Shown here one piece after another: positions 13,887-26,556 of a DNA stretch of 64,000 nucleotides. Source of the DNA: Eledone cirrhosa (lineage: Eukaryota); assembly GCA_964016885.1 (NCBI GenBank), contig OZ024741.1, positions 278,132,001-278,196,000 on the forward strand, in the 5' to 3' direction. The translations under genes were made by a program, and so were the position numbers. Numbering within the stretch: position 1 is the first letter of the stretch; the number at the start of each line of letters is the position of its first letter. A model generated the notes under the pieces. It worked only from the letters and a program-made list of their open reading frames with translations. It was not told where the DNA came from and searched no databases.

Positions 13887-14980
13887 TACATACATATATA
13901 TATACATACATATATATATACATACAGATATATATATATACATACACATATATATACATACACATATATATACATACAGATATATATATATACATACACA
14001 TATATATACATACACATATATATATATATATATATACATACACATATATATATATACATACACATATATATATATATATACATACACATATATATATATA
14101 TATACATACACATATATATATATACATACATACACATATATATATATACATATACATATATATATACATATACATATATATATACATATACATATATATA
14201 TACATATATATATACATATACATATACATATACATATATATATACATATACATATATATATACATATATATATACATATACATATATATATACATATACA
14301 TATATATATACATATACATATATATATACATATACATATATACATATATATATATACATATATATATATACATATATATATATACATATATATATATACA
14401 TATACATATATATATACATATATATATATACATATACATATACATATACACATATACATATATACATATATATATATACATATATATATATACATATATA
14501 TATATACATATATATATATACATATATATATATATACATATATATATATACATACACATATATACATATACACATATATAAATACATATATATACATACA
14601 CATATATAAATACATATATATACATACACATATATATACATACATATATATATATACATACACATATATACATATACACATATATAAATACATATATATA
14701 CATACACATATATACATATACACATATATAAATACATATATATACATACACATATATACATACACATATATACATACACATATATATATATACATACTCA
14801 TATATATACATACACATATATATATATACACATATATATACATACACATATATATACATACACATATCTACATATACATACACATATATACATATACACA
14901 TATATACATACACATACATATACATACACATACATATACATACATATATATATATATACATACACACATATGTATACATA
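13853..14980. repeat. Compound TA/TACA microsatellite
   Basis: Seen directly. Confidence 0.97.
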
Positions 14981-15097
14981 CAACAGAGTGCAGTGTAATT
15001 GCAGAGACAAGGAGACAGACATATATACTCACACAAAAATATATATATATAAATGATGATGATAACGAATATTAAGACAAATATTATTATTAAAACA

Positions 15098-16484
15098 CTA
15101 GCTGAATGACCCGGCGTTGCCCGGGTTACTGGTATTTTTATTCAGATTAGTAAACAATAAATATGAAGATATATTTTTTTTCTCATAATTAGTTCAAAAT
15201 TTCTATATTTTATTAAAAAAATATATCAAAATTGTAATAGAATTTAGAATACATACACACACACACACATATATACATACACACATTACATATATACATA
15301 CGCACACACATACATACACATTATATATATACATACATTACATATATACATACACACATTGTACATATATATATATATATATACATGCATACACATACAT
15401 TATATATATACACATACATTATATATATACATACACATTATATATATACATACACATTATATATATACATAAACACACTATATATATACACATACATTAT
15501 ATATATACATACACACACACTATATATATACACATACATTATATATATACATACACACACTATATATATACACATACATTATATATATACACACACACAC
15601 ACTATATATATACACATACACACACACTATATATATACACATACATTATATATATACATACACACACACTATATATATATATATACATATATATCGGCTT
15701 TGTGCCAGGATGAAACGATCGTCAGTTATTAAATGTTTGAAAGAATAAACACTTTGATTATCATTTACATTGTGTACGCGCCTGCATGGCCTTAACCTGT
15801 CAGTTGAAACACGTAAAAGAGTAAATGAAATCTTTAATAGAACTTCGCCAAATAATCATATTTAGCCTTGAGACGGCTCAGATCAAAGGACATCCAAATA
15901 TAAATATAGTTGATTTTAGATATTGTATGTATATCGAAGGACTATATTATAAAATTTGTCAATTTTTAAAAAGCCGAGTGCTATTTCTAACATTTCAACT
16001 GGGTGTGTAATGCATGGGTATTTATCACATTTGAGCTTTTAATAAAGTGAGAAATGGGGAGTTCGTGGCATTCATGCATAGTCCCGTGAATGCCTTTAAA
16101 GACAATAATTATGTTTACCCATGACTTCACTGAGAAACGATTAGTCACAAACATTCAGCTAGAAATAACAGTCAAATTCTCCTCACACTACAAACAACGA
16201 TTATGAATTAGAGGTTCCCACAACAGGGGCCAACTTAGGTTCAAACCATTTAAAGCGTAAAAAATACGATACCCGTAACATAATATAACAGCAGAAGCTA
16301 GAATCTATTTAAATAATATTGGTTTTCTTTGTATCAAAACCGGGTACCGCAGTGATTTTTAATTATTGATTTACTGAATCATTGGACTGATAATAGAAAA
16401 TAAAAACCCTGACCTGGAAAAACACGGAAAAAAATCCTTGTAAATCACCACCAATTTCAAGTATTTAAGACTCTTATAATCAGA
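15098..16484 (-). mobile_element. Candidate non-autonomous Helitron
   Basis: The minus-strand 3' end is the hairpin ACCCGGGCAACGCCGGGT (15109-15126) followed by CTAG|T (15098-15101), the canonical Helitron end. A putative 5' end A|TCTGATTATAAGAG at 16484 is less certain. Confidence 0.55.
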
Positions 16485-16512
16485 TGCACAAACTCAGTCG
16501 TTAGTGTGTGTG

Positions 16513-16551
<39 letters not shown>

Positions 16552-16625
16552 GAGAATATACAAACACTGATAAATTATGAGAATATACAAACACTTGTAA
16601 ACACAATTTATTAGCAAAATACCCT

Positions 16626-16735
16626 ATTAATAATAATTCTTTATTGGCCACAAGGGCCAACACATAGGGGACAATACAAAAACAGGGACAATGGGCGTTT
16701 ACAAAAGAATCGATAAAAAAATATAAATCAGGGTG
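16626..16735 (-). mobile_element. 3' terminus of Tx1/L1-type LINE
   Basis: Reverse complement ...CCCTTGTGGCCAATAAAGAATT(ATT)n matches the 3' ends at 43205-43300 and 63020-63066. Confidence 0.6.
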
Positions 16736-16879
16736 GATTTAGTTTGAAACTGGTTAGACCATTACTCACCAGAGTACTCGATACTTGAGGTAGCAGAGTA
16801 TGGTTATATTATAAAGAGTCAGGACCTCGACGGCTGAGCACTTGTTTCAACAGCTAGTTCAAGTCTGGGGTTCTGACTC

Positions 16880-16925
<46 letters not shown>

Positions 16926-16931
<6 letters not shown>

Positions 16932-16980
16932 TTAACACCGTGTTTCTCTCCGACCGACCTTTTAATATTCACATTCCAAT

Positions 16981-17011
<31 letters not shown>

Positions 17012-17057
17012 TTAACACCGTGTTTCTCTCCGACCGACCTTTTAATATTCACATTCC

Positions 17058-17095
<38 letters not shown>

Positions 17096-17141
17096 TTAAC
17101 ACCGTGTTTCTCTCCGACCGACCTTTTAATATTCACATTCC

Positions 17142-17195
<54 letters not shown>

Positions 17196-17255
17196 CATGG
17201 AATGCGAAAGTTAAAAAGGCCAGTCGGAAAGAGGAAACACGGTATTAAAATAAAA
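16926..17255. repeat. Three direct copies of a unit of about 53 bp separated by (TA)n, plus one diverged inverted copy
   Basis: TATTTTAACACCGTGTTTCTCTCCGACCGACCTTTTAATATTCACATTCCAAT occurs three times; an inverted homolog lies at about 17195-17255. Confidence 0.9.
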
Positions 17256-17427
17256 AGGAATTAATAACATATTTGCGATAAATAATAATGTATAAATTTC
17301 CTGTACCACTTTACACGCACATATATAAACATGCATTCATCATATTCGAATTTATTCACTGAATAACGCACAAATACGTAAGGTGTGTTTTCAGTGAAAA
17401 ATCTGAATACAGGGGTGTGTGTGTGTG

Positions 17428-17466
<39 letters not shown>

Positions 17467-17879
17467 CAAAGAGATATTTAATTTGTTGGTAATTCAACAA
17501 ATTTATTTATAACAGATTCGAAGCACTCAACAGATTTTTCCTGGAGTATAATATCAATGATATTAATAAATAGAAACCATATTTATTTTATTATATATAT
17601 TTCAAGGGTACCAAAAACTTTGGTACGCTCACATCAGATAAAATACAAAATTTGTTTTATAAATAGTGACATACCCCATATATAGTGGTCTGGAAATGTC
17701 AATATGAGAGGTTGATGAATATGGAGAATGGATTGAAGGAAGGACAGCCCCCCCCCAAAAAAAAAGGACCGGCTTCCGAAATTGTTTATGTAAGGACAAA
17801 AAAGCAAACCGAGAAGAAAAATCAGGTAAATAGATGATGGTATCATAATCCACTAATAGATATAACAACATGAATATTG

Positions 17880-19260
17880 TTACAAGCGAACAGGTGATAC
17901 TCCAGAAAGGAGCAACTACAGACATAAAACTAATGGATCAAGTTCTGAACGTGTCAGAAATAGTGTTAGCACTAGAAAAGAGTAACATTAGATGAGATGC
18001 AGTTTGGTTTTGTGCCTCACAACAGATGCCCTCTTCTTATTGAGACAACTATAAGAGAAGTTTCTAGCTAAGTGTAAGCTGTTATATCTAACTTTAATTA
18101 GTCCGAAGAAGACCTTTGATAGAGCACCACAGTATGGTGTCTGGTAGTCGTTAAGGAAATCGGGTGTAGAAGAGTCGTTTGTGAGAGAGGTGCAAACCAT
18201 GTGAAGAAGTGCTGTCAGAAAAGTGAGTGTATGTCAGACATGTCAATCATGCGACCCTTTACAAGCACATCTGCAGCCCGCACAAAGGCTTTTACAACAC
18301 GAATATGTTTTATCTTCGTAATATAAAATTCAAAAAATTGGTTGTAATCTGCGCAATTAGTTGTCGTGTGTGGTCCTCAGACAACACATATGTGACCCAT
18401 GTGGTCCTCGGAGGACCCTCAGTTTGACATGTCTAGTGTATGTAATGAATTTAGTGACGAATTCAATGTCTATGTAAGTGTCCACCAGGGTTCTGTCTTC
18501 AGCCCTCACAATTATATCTTTCCAGGACATAACAGAGAAGTTTAAGAAATGGGAACTTCTATATGTTGATGACCTGCTTCTTATGGCCAAATCTATGGAA
18601 GAGCTAGAAAAGAAATTCCTGTTGTGGAAACAGAACTTAGAATGAAAGAAAAGACTAAAGATTCAATAAGCAGTAAAGAAGACATGTCTTTGACTCCTTT
18701 AGGAAAGTAGTAATTAATATGTAGGTGTTGGTGGAAACTCTATAGGATGTACACAAAAGGTATAGTGGAATAGTAGGCAGACTAGCAGAAAAAGGTAGAG
18801 TTTATGTGTGGGAGATACACAGGAGTAGTTAGTAGTAAGAACCTCAGTGAAATCAACATTTTCCAATCCCAGGATGATACCATAAAAGTTTCTGTTAACT
18901 AGGTGACCTAATTAACAGTGGAGGGGTTGCTCTGAGAGAATAGTAGCTAAAATAAGAAGAAGTTAGAAAAAGTTCAAGGAATTAATAAATATTCTTGTTG
19001 ACAAAATGTTTGTCTACGAATGAAAGGTCAGCTGTATGATACCTGTGTGCGCGCAGCAATGCTGCAAAGAAGTGGAGAATGGGCAGTGAAAGCAGAAGAT
19101 ATGGGAAGGCCGGAGCGAGCATGATTTGAGAGAAAAAGTGGGTATGGAGAAGAATTTGATGTAGTGTGCATCAGAGACGACTGCGCTGGTATGGACATGT
19201 GATGCGTATGGGCGATGTGTGTTGGGTGAAGAAGTGCCAAGTGATCTCAGGATGTTTAGC
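17880..19260 (+). pseudogene. Decayed RTE LINE RT region
   Basis: Recognisable [33 protein letters not shown] and [10 protein letters not shown] with many stops and frameshifts; homologous to 8600-9900. Confidence 0.85.
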
Positions 19261-20909
19261 TTTACCGAGATGATGAAAGAATGCAACTGGTGGAAGGAAA
19301 CTGAATTAACAAACCTATTTTTAGATATTTTCTGTTAAATCATTACAAGATGTTAAGAGTTAGTAGGTTTCTCAAGATATCTATGGATTTTAGAATGAAG
19401 TTTACCGTTTTAGGACTTTATTACGGGACCTCGACCATAAACATTTTACTTTCTATTTTTTACTCAAATTTTACTTTCCTTTCATTTATGCTCGAAATAA
19501 CTGAATTTAAACAAATGTGAAATATCATCCACTATTTCTATTTCATTTTTACATCTACATACACACACCATATAACTTTAAAAGTTGATAAAACATTTGG
19601 TTGGGCACTAATTTATAAACGAGAGTCCGATCTATTTACATTTATTATGGAATACATTCGTCTTTTAAAAACAAACTAATATTCACGTTTGTTGCTAGTT
19701 AATTAATATATATATATATTCATTAGCACAGATTAAAAATTTAAGCAAACAATTTCTGCTTTCACCCTAAATATTTTCTCTATGGGTTTATATATACTTA
19801 TGATTTCAACCCTTATCGAGTCCCCTCTTGATTTTGGTTTTTGTCTTTATTATTACTCATATATATATATATTGCTGGTCGTCTTTTATTCAGTGTCCTT
19901 AACTTATTTTAAAGATAGTCGGGTGTGATTTGAGGAAAATTTGGTTGTTATTTCTAACAGGTCGAACGTTTATTGTTTTACTCTTCTAGCATCCGATCTT
20001 TTAATTTATAACTAGCAACAAACAAGGAAATAGACTCGTTTAAAATACTTAGAGAACGAAAGTAAACCGACGGGAGCCGCGTTGTATGAGTGGTGCCAAC
20101 ATTTAAAATTAAGAGAGAGAGAGAGCGAGAGAGACAGTTCTCTCTCTCTCTCTCTTTATAAATAAATTTAAAAAATAGTAGAAACGGAATTTACCTGATT
20201 AAATTTACTTGAGAAAAATGTAAAGTAACGAAAGACAGCTTTTAAAATAAAACCTCAATAACAAACCAAAGTGTGTATTGCTGTATTGCTACTTGGGTGT
20301 CTTTTAAACACATATCGAACTCGGAATTTGTAAAACAAATAAGAAAGCGTAAGATTTGCAGTAGAGATGGAAGAAGAAAATAAAAACATCCAGCCAATTT
20401 AAGGATGCATGTAAATAAAATTAGACATAATTTCATACCTGACACGTGGTTAGCGCTTGCGGCACGCCGACAACACGAAACAACAAACTGTATGTAAGTG
20501 TGTGTCCAGTAACATTTAAAAGTAAGCGTGTGTGTAACAACGGATATTTGTTTATAGAGGCAAGAAGAAACGTGCAAGGCCGAATGTGTTTGGCGCGTGT
20601 TTCAATAACAGCGCAGTTTCTGGTAGAGATTGACTGCTGCCCTCATCATATATTCATATATTTTCAAACAAACCTCTAACGAACCGCTTTGCCGCAAACG
20701 TCTTGAAAAGGAAACTGCTTCTGTCTTTTCACGAACAATGTTTTCTATTATAATTCCATTCCCGTATTAGATAGAGAATAACCGTTTTTTAATATTTGAT
20801 ACCAATCAAAACTGGTAATATTTGACAAAATTAAAATCTATTTAATGTAACAATTATAAAGATATTTATTCTCTCTGATTAAAGAAAAAAATCTGTCTTT
20901 TTACCCCCG

Positions 20910-20954
<45 letters not shown>

Positions 20955-21094
20955 TAGATATTTCCGAAGAAAAGGCAAAGGAAAAAAGAGTGCTCTATGT
21001 ATATAACAGAGCTATTTAATTAGAAAGTGAACAACACAATATATAACTACTCTATTACCAAAGGTTTCAGGACCCTAGACAATATTAACATACG

Positions 21095-21315
21095 GTGGAG
21101 TGGGTTGGGTTGGGCAGAATTGTTATGACATTGATAAGACTGCCATTGCAGCATTTGTTCTGATTCTTTACATTCTGAGTTCAAATCCCGCCGAGGTCAA
21201 CTTTGTCCTTTATCCCCCAGGAGTCGATAACATAAAGTACCACTAAAGTACCGGGTATATTTAATCAACTTTGTCCCTTTTTTCAAATTTACTGGTATTG
21301 TGTCTAAATTAGAAA
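21095..21315 (+). mobile_element. tRNA-derived SINE (abundant family, Meta/MESC-like core)
   Basis: A-box-like GGCAGAATTG, B-box GAGTTCAAATCC, core GAGGTCAACTTTG..TTTCATCC..GGGGTCGATAAAATAAAGTACC and tail GGCCTTGTGCCTAAATTAGAAA. The family recurs many times in the window. The domain name is from memory. Confidence 0.75.
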
Positions 21316-21334
21316 TGAGTATGTATCAAAGAAT

Positions 21335-23148
21335 AGGGCAGTGGATTGGCAGAATTGGTAGAGCTTCGGATAAAATATCATTGTGGTATTTGTTCTGAGA
21401 CTTTGTTTCAAATCTCGCAGAGGCCAACTTTGTCTTTCATCATTTTGGGATTGTCCGGATATGGTTCTCGCCACTGCCAACAAGATGGTGGAGGAGCTTG
21501 GCCGCCGAGGTCTCCAGATCAATAGCTCCAAATGTAAGCTCTGGATCCTCAACCACCCGGCTTCTCAACACCAACAGCTGATCGACCTGTTCGCAGAGTC
21601 CTTCCCTTCCATCGCGGTCCCTCCCCGTCGGCTTGGTGCTCCTTAGGAGCTCCAATCACAGACCTGGCCTTCGAGTCAACCTTCCAATCGAAGATGGCTG
21701 GCCTTGAGCAGCTGCTGAGGAATATCGAAGTTATCGAACCCCGTCAAGGTTTCTTCGTACTCAGGAACTACCTGTCTATTCCTAAGCTTCTGTATCTGCT
21801 CAGGGTCAGCCCCTTTCGCAGATTTCCGTCCTGCCTCCAACACTTCAACGACCTAATCTTCGAGAGACTCGAGTGCCTGGTCAATGTTAGACTCTCTTCG
21901 GAGTCCCGCGATCAGGCTGCGTTGCCCAAGCAATTTGGGGGTGTTTGTCTTCGTAAGTGTTCGTCCCTCTCTCTCCCTTGCTTCCTTTCCTCCACCCACG
22001 CTTGGAGGACAGTCGAAGTCAGAGAACTTGGGACAGCATAAGTTCGAAGGCCACCTTCGTCCAGTCAGATCAGTTTGCAAGGTGCCGCTTACTATCTGCC
22101 AGCGCCAAATAATCAGGCGACTGGGTCGATGCCCTACTCGTGGCCAACGTTGTGGCCTACTCAGCCTGGACGAACTTCGTGTCTCCATCGCCCTCAGAGT
22201 GGGAGCTGACGTCTGCATGGGTTTGAGGTGCCGATGCGGCAAACTCCTCGACTCCACAGGCCTCCACGGTCTTTCTTGCCGCCTGAATGCCGGTCGCTTC
22301 GCGCGTCACACGGAGCTAAACCTCATTCTGAAGAGAGCTTTGGCCCGGGCGAATATCCCCTCAGTCTTGGAACCATCTGGGTTGTCCAGAAGTGACGGCA
22401 AAAGACCTGACGGTCTTACCCTGTGCCCCTGGTCGAGAGGCATGTGCCTTGTCTGGGACGTCACTTTTGCTCTTTCCCACATCCTAGATGTTGCGATTAG
22501 GACGAGAGTCACAGCTTCTGCAGCCGAGCGGAGTAAGACCCGCAAATACTCTGACCTGTCGGCCAGCTACATTTTTCAGCCTGTGACTTTCGAGACATTT
22601 GGGGGAGTCGCGCCGCTGACTGCGAGGTTCCTCTCCTCACTGGCAGCTCGCCTAATAGAGGTAACTGGCGAATCTCGCGAGGGCGCTTGGCTGTTTCAGC
22701 GCATCAGCCTCGCCATCACCCGAGGCAACGCTGCGAGTGTGCTGGCTTGCCTCAAAAATCATTAGAGAGGTTGCCCAGTACTCGCGACGTTGCTGTCTTT
22801 TGCTCTGGTGTTGGCTTCGTTGTTTACCCCTTCCTATACATTTTCTTTAATATTGTAACATTAAAAGAATATATCTTTCCGAAAAAATCGCGAGCTATTT
22901 ATAATGTTGTCTAAGCATTTGTAATGTTATTTATGTATATATTTAAAACATATTTGTTATGTTATTCTACTGTAAATTTATTTATATGCTCTGTTTATAT
23001 TTTCATTCTGTAAGAATTGCAAACAATTTGTAATGTATTTATGAAATAAAGTTATATCTGATGTAAAGTATCAGTCAAATACTGAGGTTAATTTAACCAA
23101 TGTTGCCCTTCCTCCAAAATAGCCAGCTTTGTGCCTAAATTAGAAATC
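21335..23148 (+). mobile_element. SINE split in two (21335-21450 and 23063-23148) by a CRE-like LINE insertion
   Basis: The left half ends TTTCATCATTTTGGGA and the right half resumes TAAAGTATCAGTCAAATACTGAGG...GTGCCTAAATTAGAAA. Confidence 0.7.
21450..23060 (+). mobile_element. 5'-truncated, frameshifted CRE-like RLE non-LTR retrotransposon
   Basis: RT end (GLQINSSKC, LGAP, IPKLLYLLR, LPKQFGG), then CRCG...HGLSC, RH, RPDG, LVWDVT, KY, FQPVTFETFG and FQRISLAITRGNA, typical of CRE-clade RLE domains. An AT-rich 3' UTR with AATAAA follows. Confidence 0.8.
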
Positions 23149-23157
23149 AATATATAT

Positions 23158-23704
23158 TGTAGCGCTTTCCAGACAAGGGAAGTAGCTGGAGTTACTTCCT
23201 GTTGAAATTCCAGAACCTTCTTTGTAACTTCCGTCCAGGGAACTATAAAGGAGAGAGCTCAAAGCTATCTTTCTCTTTTTCACCTCTTGGCCGCCTGGCT
23301 TAAGGCCAGGCATGGTTACGCCAAAGGTATACTCTCTTTTTGGCGCCTTCCTTCGAACTGACAACACTGAAGACAAGCATGTTAACTTTTCTCTAACCAC
23401 CTATCATGGATCTGGACTATACCTAATTATGTACGAGAATATTTGTTTACAACAATTATAACATGGAACTACAATAAAATGAAGACTTATATTTGATACT
23501 CGTTCCGAGAAACTGCTTACGTTTTATCATTACCTTTGCAATGAGAATTAACTCTCATTCGACATGGTGTTATGTAAAGATATCTTATCCTTTTCTTTAT
23601 AAAATTTAGTAATTAGATTCCGGTGACATTTACTCGAGTAAATAACCCTGGGTCCAGCAACACTAAAATGGTGACCCTGACGGAGTGAAACACCAACTAC
23701 TAAA
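23158..23704 (+). repeat. 5' LTR
   Basis: Starts TGTAGCGC, contains TATAAA and AATAAA, and is a direct repeat of 26010-26556. Confidence 0.9.
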
Positions 23705-24354
23705 GTGGTGACCCTGACGGAGTGAAACACCAACTACTAAAATGATGACCCTAACGTAAAATAACACCAACTGAAGAATGAAGAAAAAAAAAAAATTTCT
23801 ACTCCCACCTCACGTGGTGACAACGTTCAAATGTTTCTAACTTGGCTGTTTATACTTTCGCTACATCTTACTACGAACCATTCATTAAATTGGACTCTTT
23901 CATTTTTGAACATGACATTTCTTTTTCTGAAAATTACACCTCGTGTCTTTCTCGTTCAACCAAGCTTTTGTTTAAGACCAACAACCAATATGGCGACTGC
24001 TGCCTTCCTCTTTCATTTTCGAGCAGCCATCTTGTCTTCTTCGTTTCGTCATTTTCCCGCGCGGTGGATTTTATCAACACACTCATTGCTATTCATCTCA
24101 AAGAATAGTTCGGCCACGAGCTACTTTATTAATGCCAGTAAAAAAATTGCGACACCTTGCGTCGTAAATTCACGTCACTTGCTGGGCATTTTTATGCACG
24201 TTCGTTCTGCGGTCAGCTACTTAAAAGAAAATTATCTGGACATTTCCTCTGACCAGTTCTCCTGCTGCAAATTGGAATATTTACCTCTTCCATATTCTGA
24301 AGGAAAAATTCTCTGCGATATTTCTACTGGCTCACCCAGACCACTTGTTCCAGA

Positions 24355-25104
24355 TTGCCAGCTAAAGTAGAGGCGATTCAGCAATTAGCACCACCAACAT
24401 CCTTGAAACAATTACGCCATTTCTTGGGATTAATTAACTTTTATCGTCGCTTTATTCCTAACTGTGCGGACAAGTTATTCCCCTTGACACAATTTTTAAG
24501 GGCTGCAAAAAAGAAAGATGAAAAAATTTCACTTTCTGCCGATGCATTGCAGTCTTTTAAATCCGTCAAGTCTGAGCTAGCTAACGTTTCCTTCCTTGCC
24601 CATCCTGTTGAAAATGTGAGACTTTCCTTATCTGTTGATGTATCTGATCGTGCTGTTGGCGCAGTTTTGCATCATGTAATCGATCACCAAGTTCAACCAT
24701 TGGCATTTTTCTCTCGCCAATTAAAACCAGCAGAACAGAGATACAGCGCCTTTGACAGAGAACTTTTGGCGATTTATCTTGCCGTGAAGCACTTCCACCA
24801 TCTTTTGGAGGGGCGGGAGTTCACGATATTCACGGACCACAAACCGTTAACGTTCGCTTTACAATCCAAGTCCGACAAGTACTCTCCAAGAGCGTATAGG
24901 CATCGGGATCTCATCTCACAGTATACCAGTGACATTCGTCACATAGCTGGAACTTCCAACATACCTGCGGACGCACTATCTCGACTTTCTGTGTGTTCTC
25001 TTGCGTCTCCTGCACATATCGATTTAGTTACCATTGCAACTGACCAACCTACCTTGGAATCGTTGGACATGAACAGCATCATCACCAACAACAGCTACTG
25101 GTAA
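24355..25104 (+). pseudogene. Gypsy pol remnant: RT thumb/connection and RNase H
   Basis: LRHFLGLINFYRRFIP, DVSDRAVGAVL, PLAFFSRQL, YSAFDRELLAI, FTDHKPL, NIPADALSR. No RT core or integrase core is present. Confidence 0.88.
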
Positions 25105-26009
25105 AACATTTACCACAACAACTACAGCCACAACACCAACGGCGATTTCACAGCAACATAACAGAAGTGGTAGTTTCATACTTTTACAGCCACCGCCAAC
25201 AACAACTTTTATAACAATTAATGCAAGAACAGCAACTTTGAAAACATTTTGCACATTTTCGTCCATGTCAGACTTTATTTGTTTTCTATTAGACCCTGGG
25301 TGGTCATGTTATAAATAGCAAACAGCCAGTCATTTGACACAGCGGCATACATAACACTGGCCTCTTAGCGCCTCATTCATAATTTTCTTCTTGCATTCAT
25401 TCATTCATTAATTCATCTTTTTGATTGATGTGCTCTTTTTCAGCGTTTTCACACTGGTGATGTGTCTGAATTCACTTTTTCTTATTTTCCACCCCTCTGG
25501 TATTGTAGCAAAGCTACTTGTCAGTAGACCGTGCATTCCTCTGCTTAAAACTCTTGATTTTGTTTGTTACTGTTTGTTTGACATGTTATCTCAACTCAAC
25601 TCAACTCTTTGTATTTAGTTGTAAAAAATGGCCAGGAAAACTCTCAGAAACAATATACATTTAAACCCCAGTGGCATGCATTGACATACCTCTTCTTTTT
25701 CAGTTTTCAGATAGAACTAGTGTCAGAAAAGTCTGTACACTAGTGATGTATGAACTATTTGACTTTGAAAAAACATTGATTTTACCATTGAGCATCAATA
25801 TTCTCTGCTCCTTTGTATGACTATGATTTATCATTCGTTACATACAAACATTCTTTGTAAAAATGCATTACTTGTTTTATGCTTATTTTTGCTATTTGCT
25901 TGCTCACGTTTGATTCATTCATGTTCTTGTACCTTTTGTTTTGCTCCTCATGTTCTCGCTACAATGATTTTCGTTTGGTCATTCGACTTCTCGTCTGAGA
26001 GGGGAGTCT

Positions 26010-26556
26010 TGTAGCGCTCTCCAGACAAGGGAAGTAGCTGGAGTTACTTCCCGTTGAAATTCCAGAACCTTCTTTGTAACTTCCGTCCAGGGAACTATAA
26101 AGGAGAGAGCTCAAAGCTATCTTTCTCTTTTTCACCTCTTGGCCGCCTGGCTTAAGGCCAGGCATGGTTACGCCAAAGGTATACTCTCTTTTTGGCGCCT
26201 TCCTTCGAACTGACAACACTGAAGACAAGCATGTTAACTTTTCTCTAACCACCTATCATGGATCTGGACTATACCTAATTATGTACGAGAATATTTGTTT
26301 ACAACAATTATAACATGGAACTACAATAAAATGAAGACTTATATTTGATACTCGTTCCGAGAAACTGCTTACGTTTTATCATTACCTTTGCAATGAGAAT
26401 TAACTCTCATTCGACATGGTGTTATGTAAAGATATCTTATCCTTTTCTTTATAAAATTTAGTAGTTAGATTCCGGTGACATTTACTCGAGTAAATAACCC
26501 TGGGTCCAGCAACACTAAAATGGTGACCCTGACGGAGTGAAACACCAACTACTAAA
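26010..26556 (+). repeat. 3' LTR
   Basis: Preceded by the PPT; near-identical to the 5' LTR. Confidence 0.9.

Larger units (their letters stand above)
23158..26556 (+). mobile_element. Non-autonomous Gypsy-type LTR retrotransposon, 547-bp LTRs, 4-bp TSD ATAT
   Basis: LTRs at 23158-23704 and 26010-26556 (3 differences seen). tRNA-Trp-like PBS TGGTGACCCTGACG at 23706; PPT GAGAGGGGAG at about 25997-26006; ATAT at 23154-23157 and 26557-26560; RNase H remnant inside. Confidence 0.9.

Noticed and set aside
616-15732. Many long ORFs (up to 896 aa) rich in Y/I/H/T or M/C/V/Y
   Set aside because: They are translations of TA/CA microsatellites, which lack stop codons in several frames; there is no evidence of protein coding.
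16815-16881. Hairpin AGAGTCAGGA...TTCTGACTCT as a ribozyme or miRNA
   Set aside because: The terminal arms pair, but there is no CUGANGA/GAAA core and the interior pairs poorly.
16926-17145. CRISPR-like repeat-spacer appearance
   Set aside because: The spacers are only (TA)n, there are no cas genes, and the context is eukaryotic.
17354-17398. Hairpin TTCACTGAA...TTCAGTGAA
   Set aside because: It is an isolated short inverted repeat with no catalytic motif or second copy in the window.
23140-23400. Identical 86/97-aa minus ORFs at 23140 and 25959
   Set aside because: They are a consequence of LTR identity, have a non-ATG start and give no recognisable protein.
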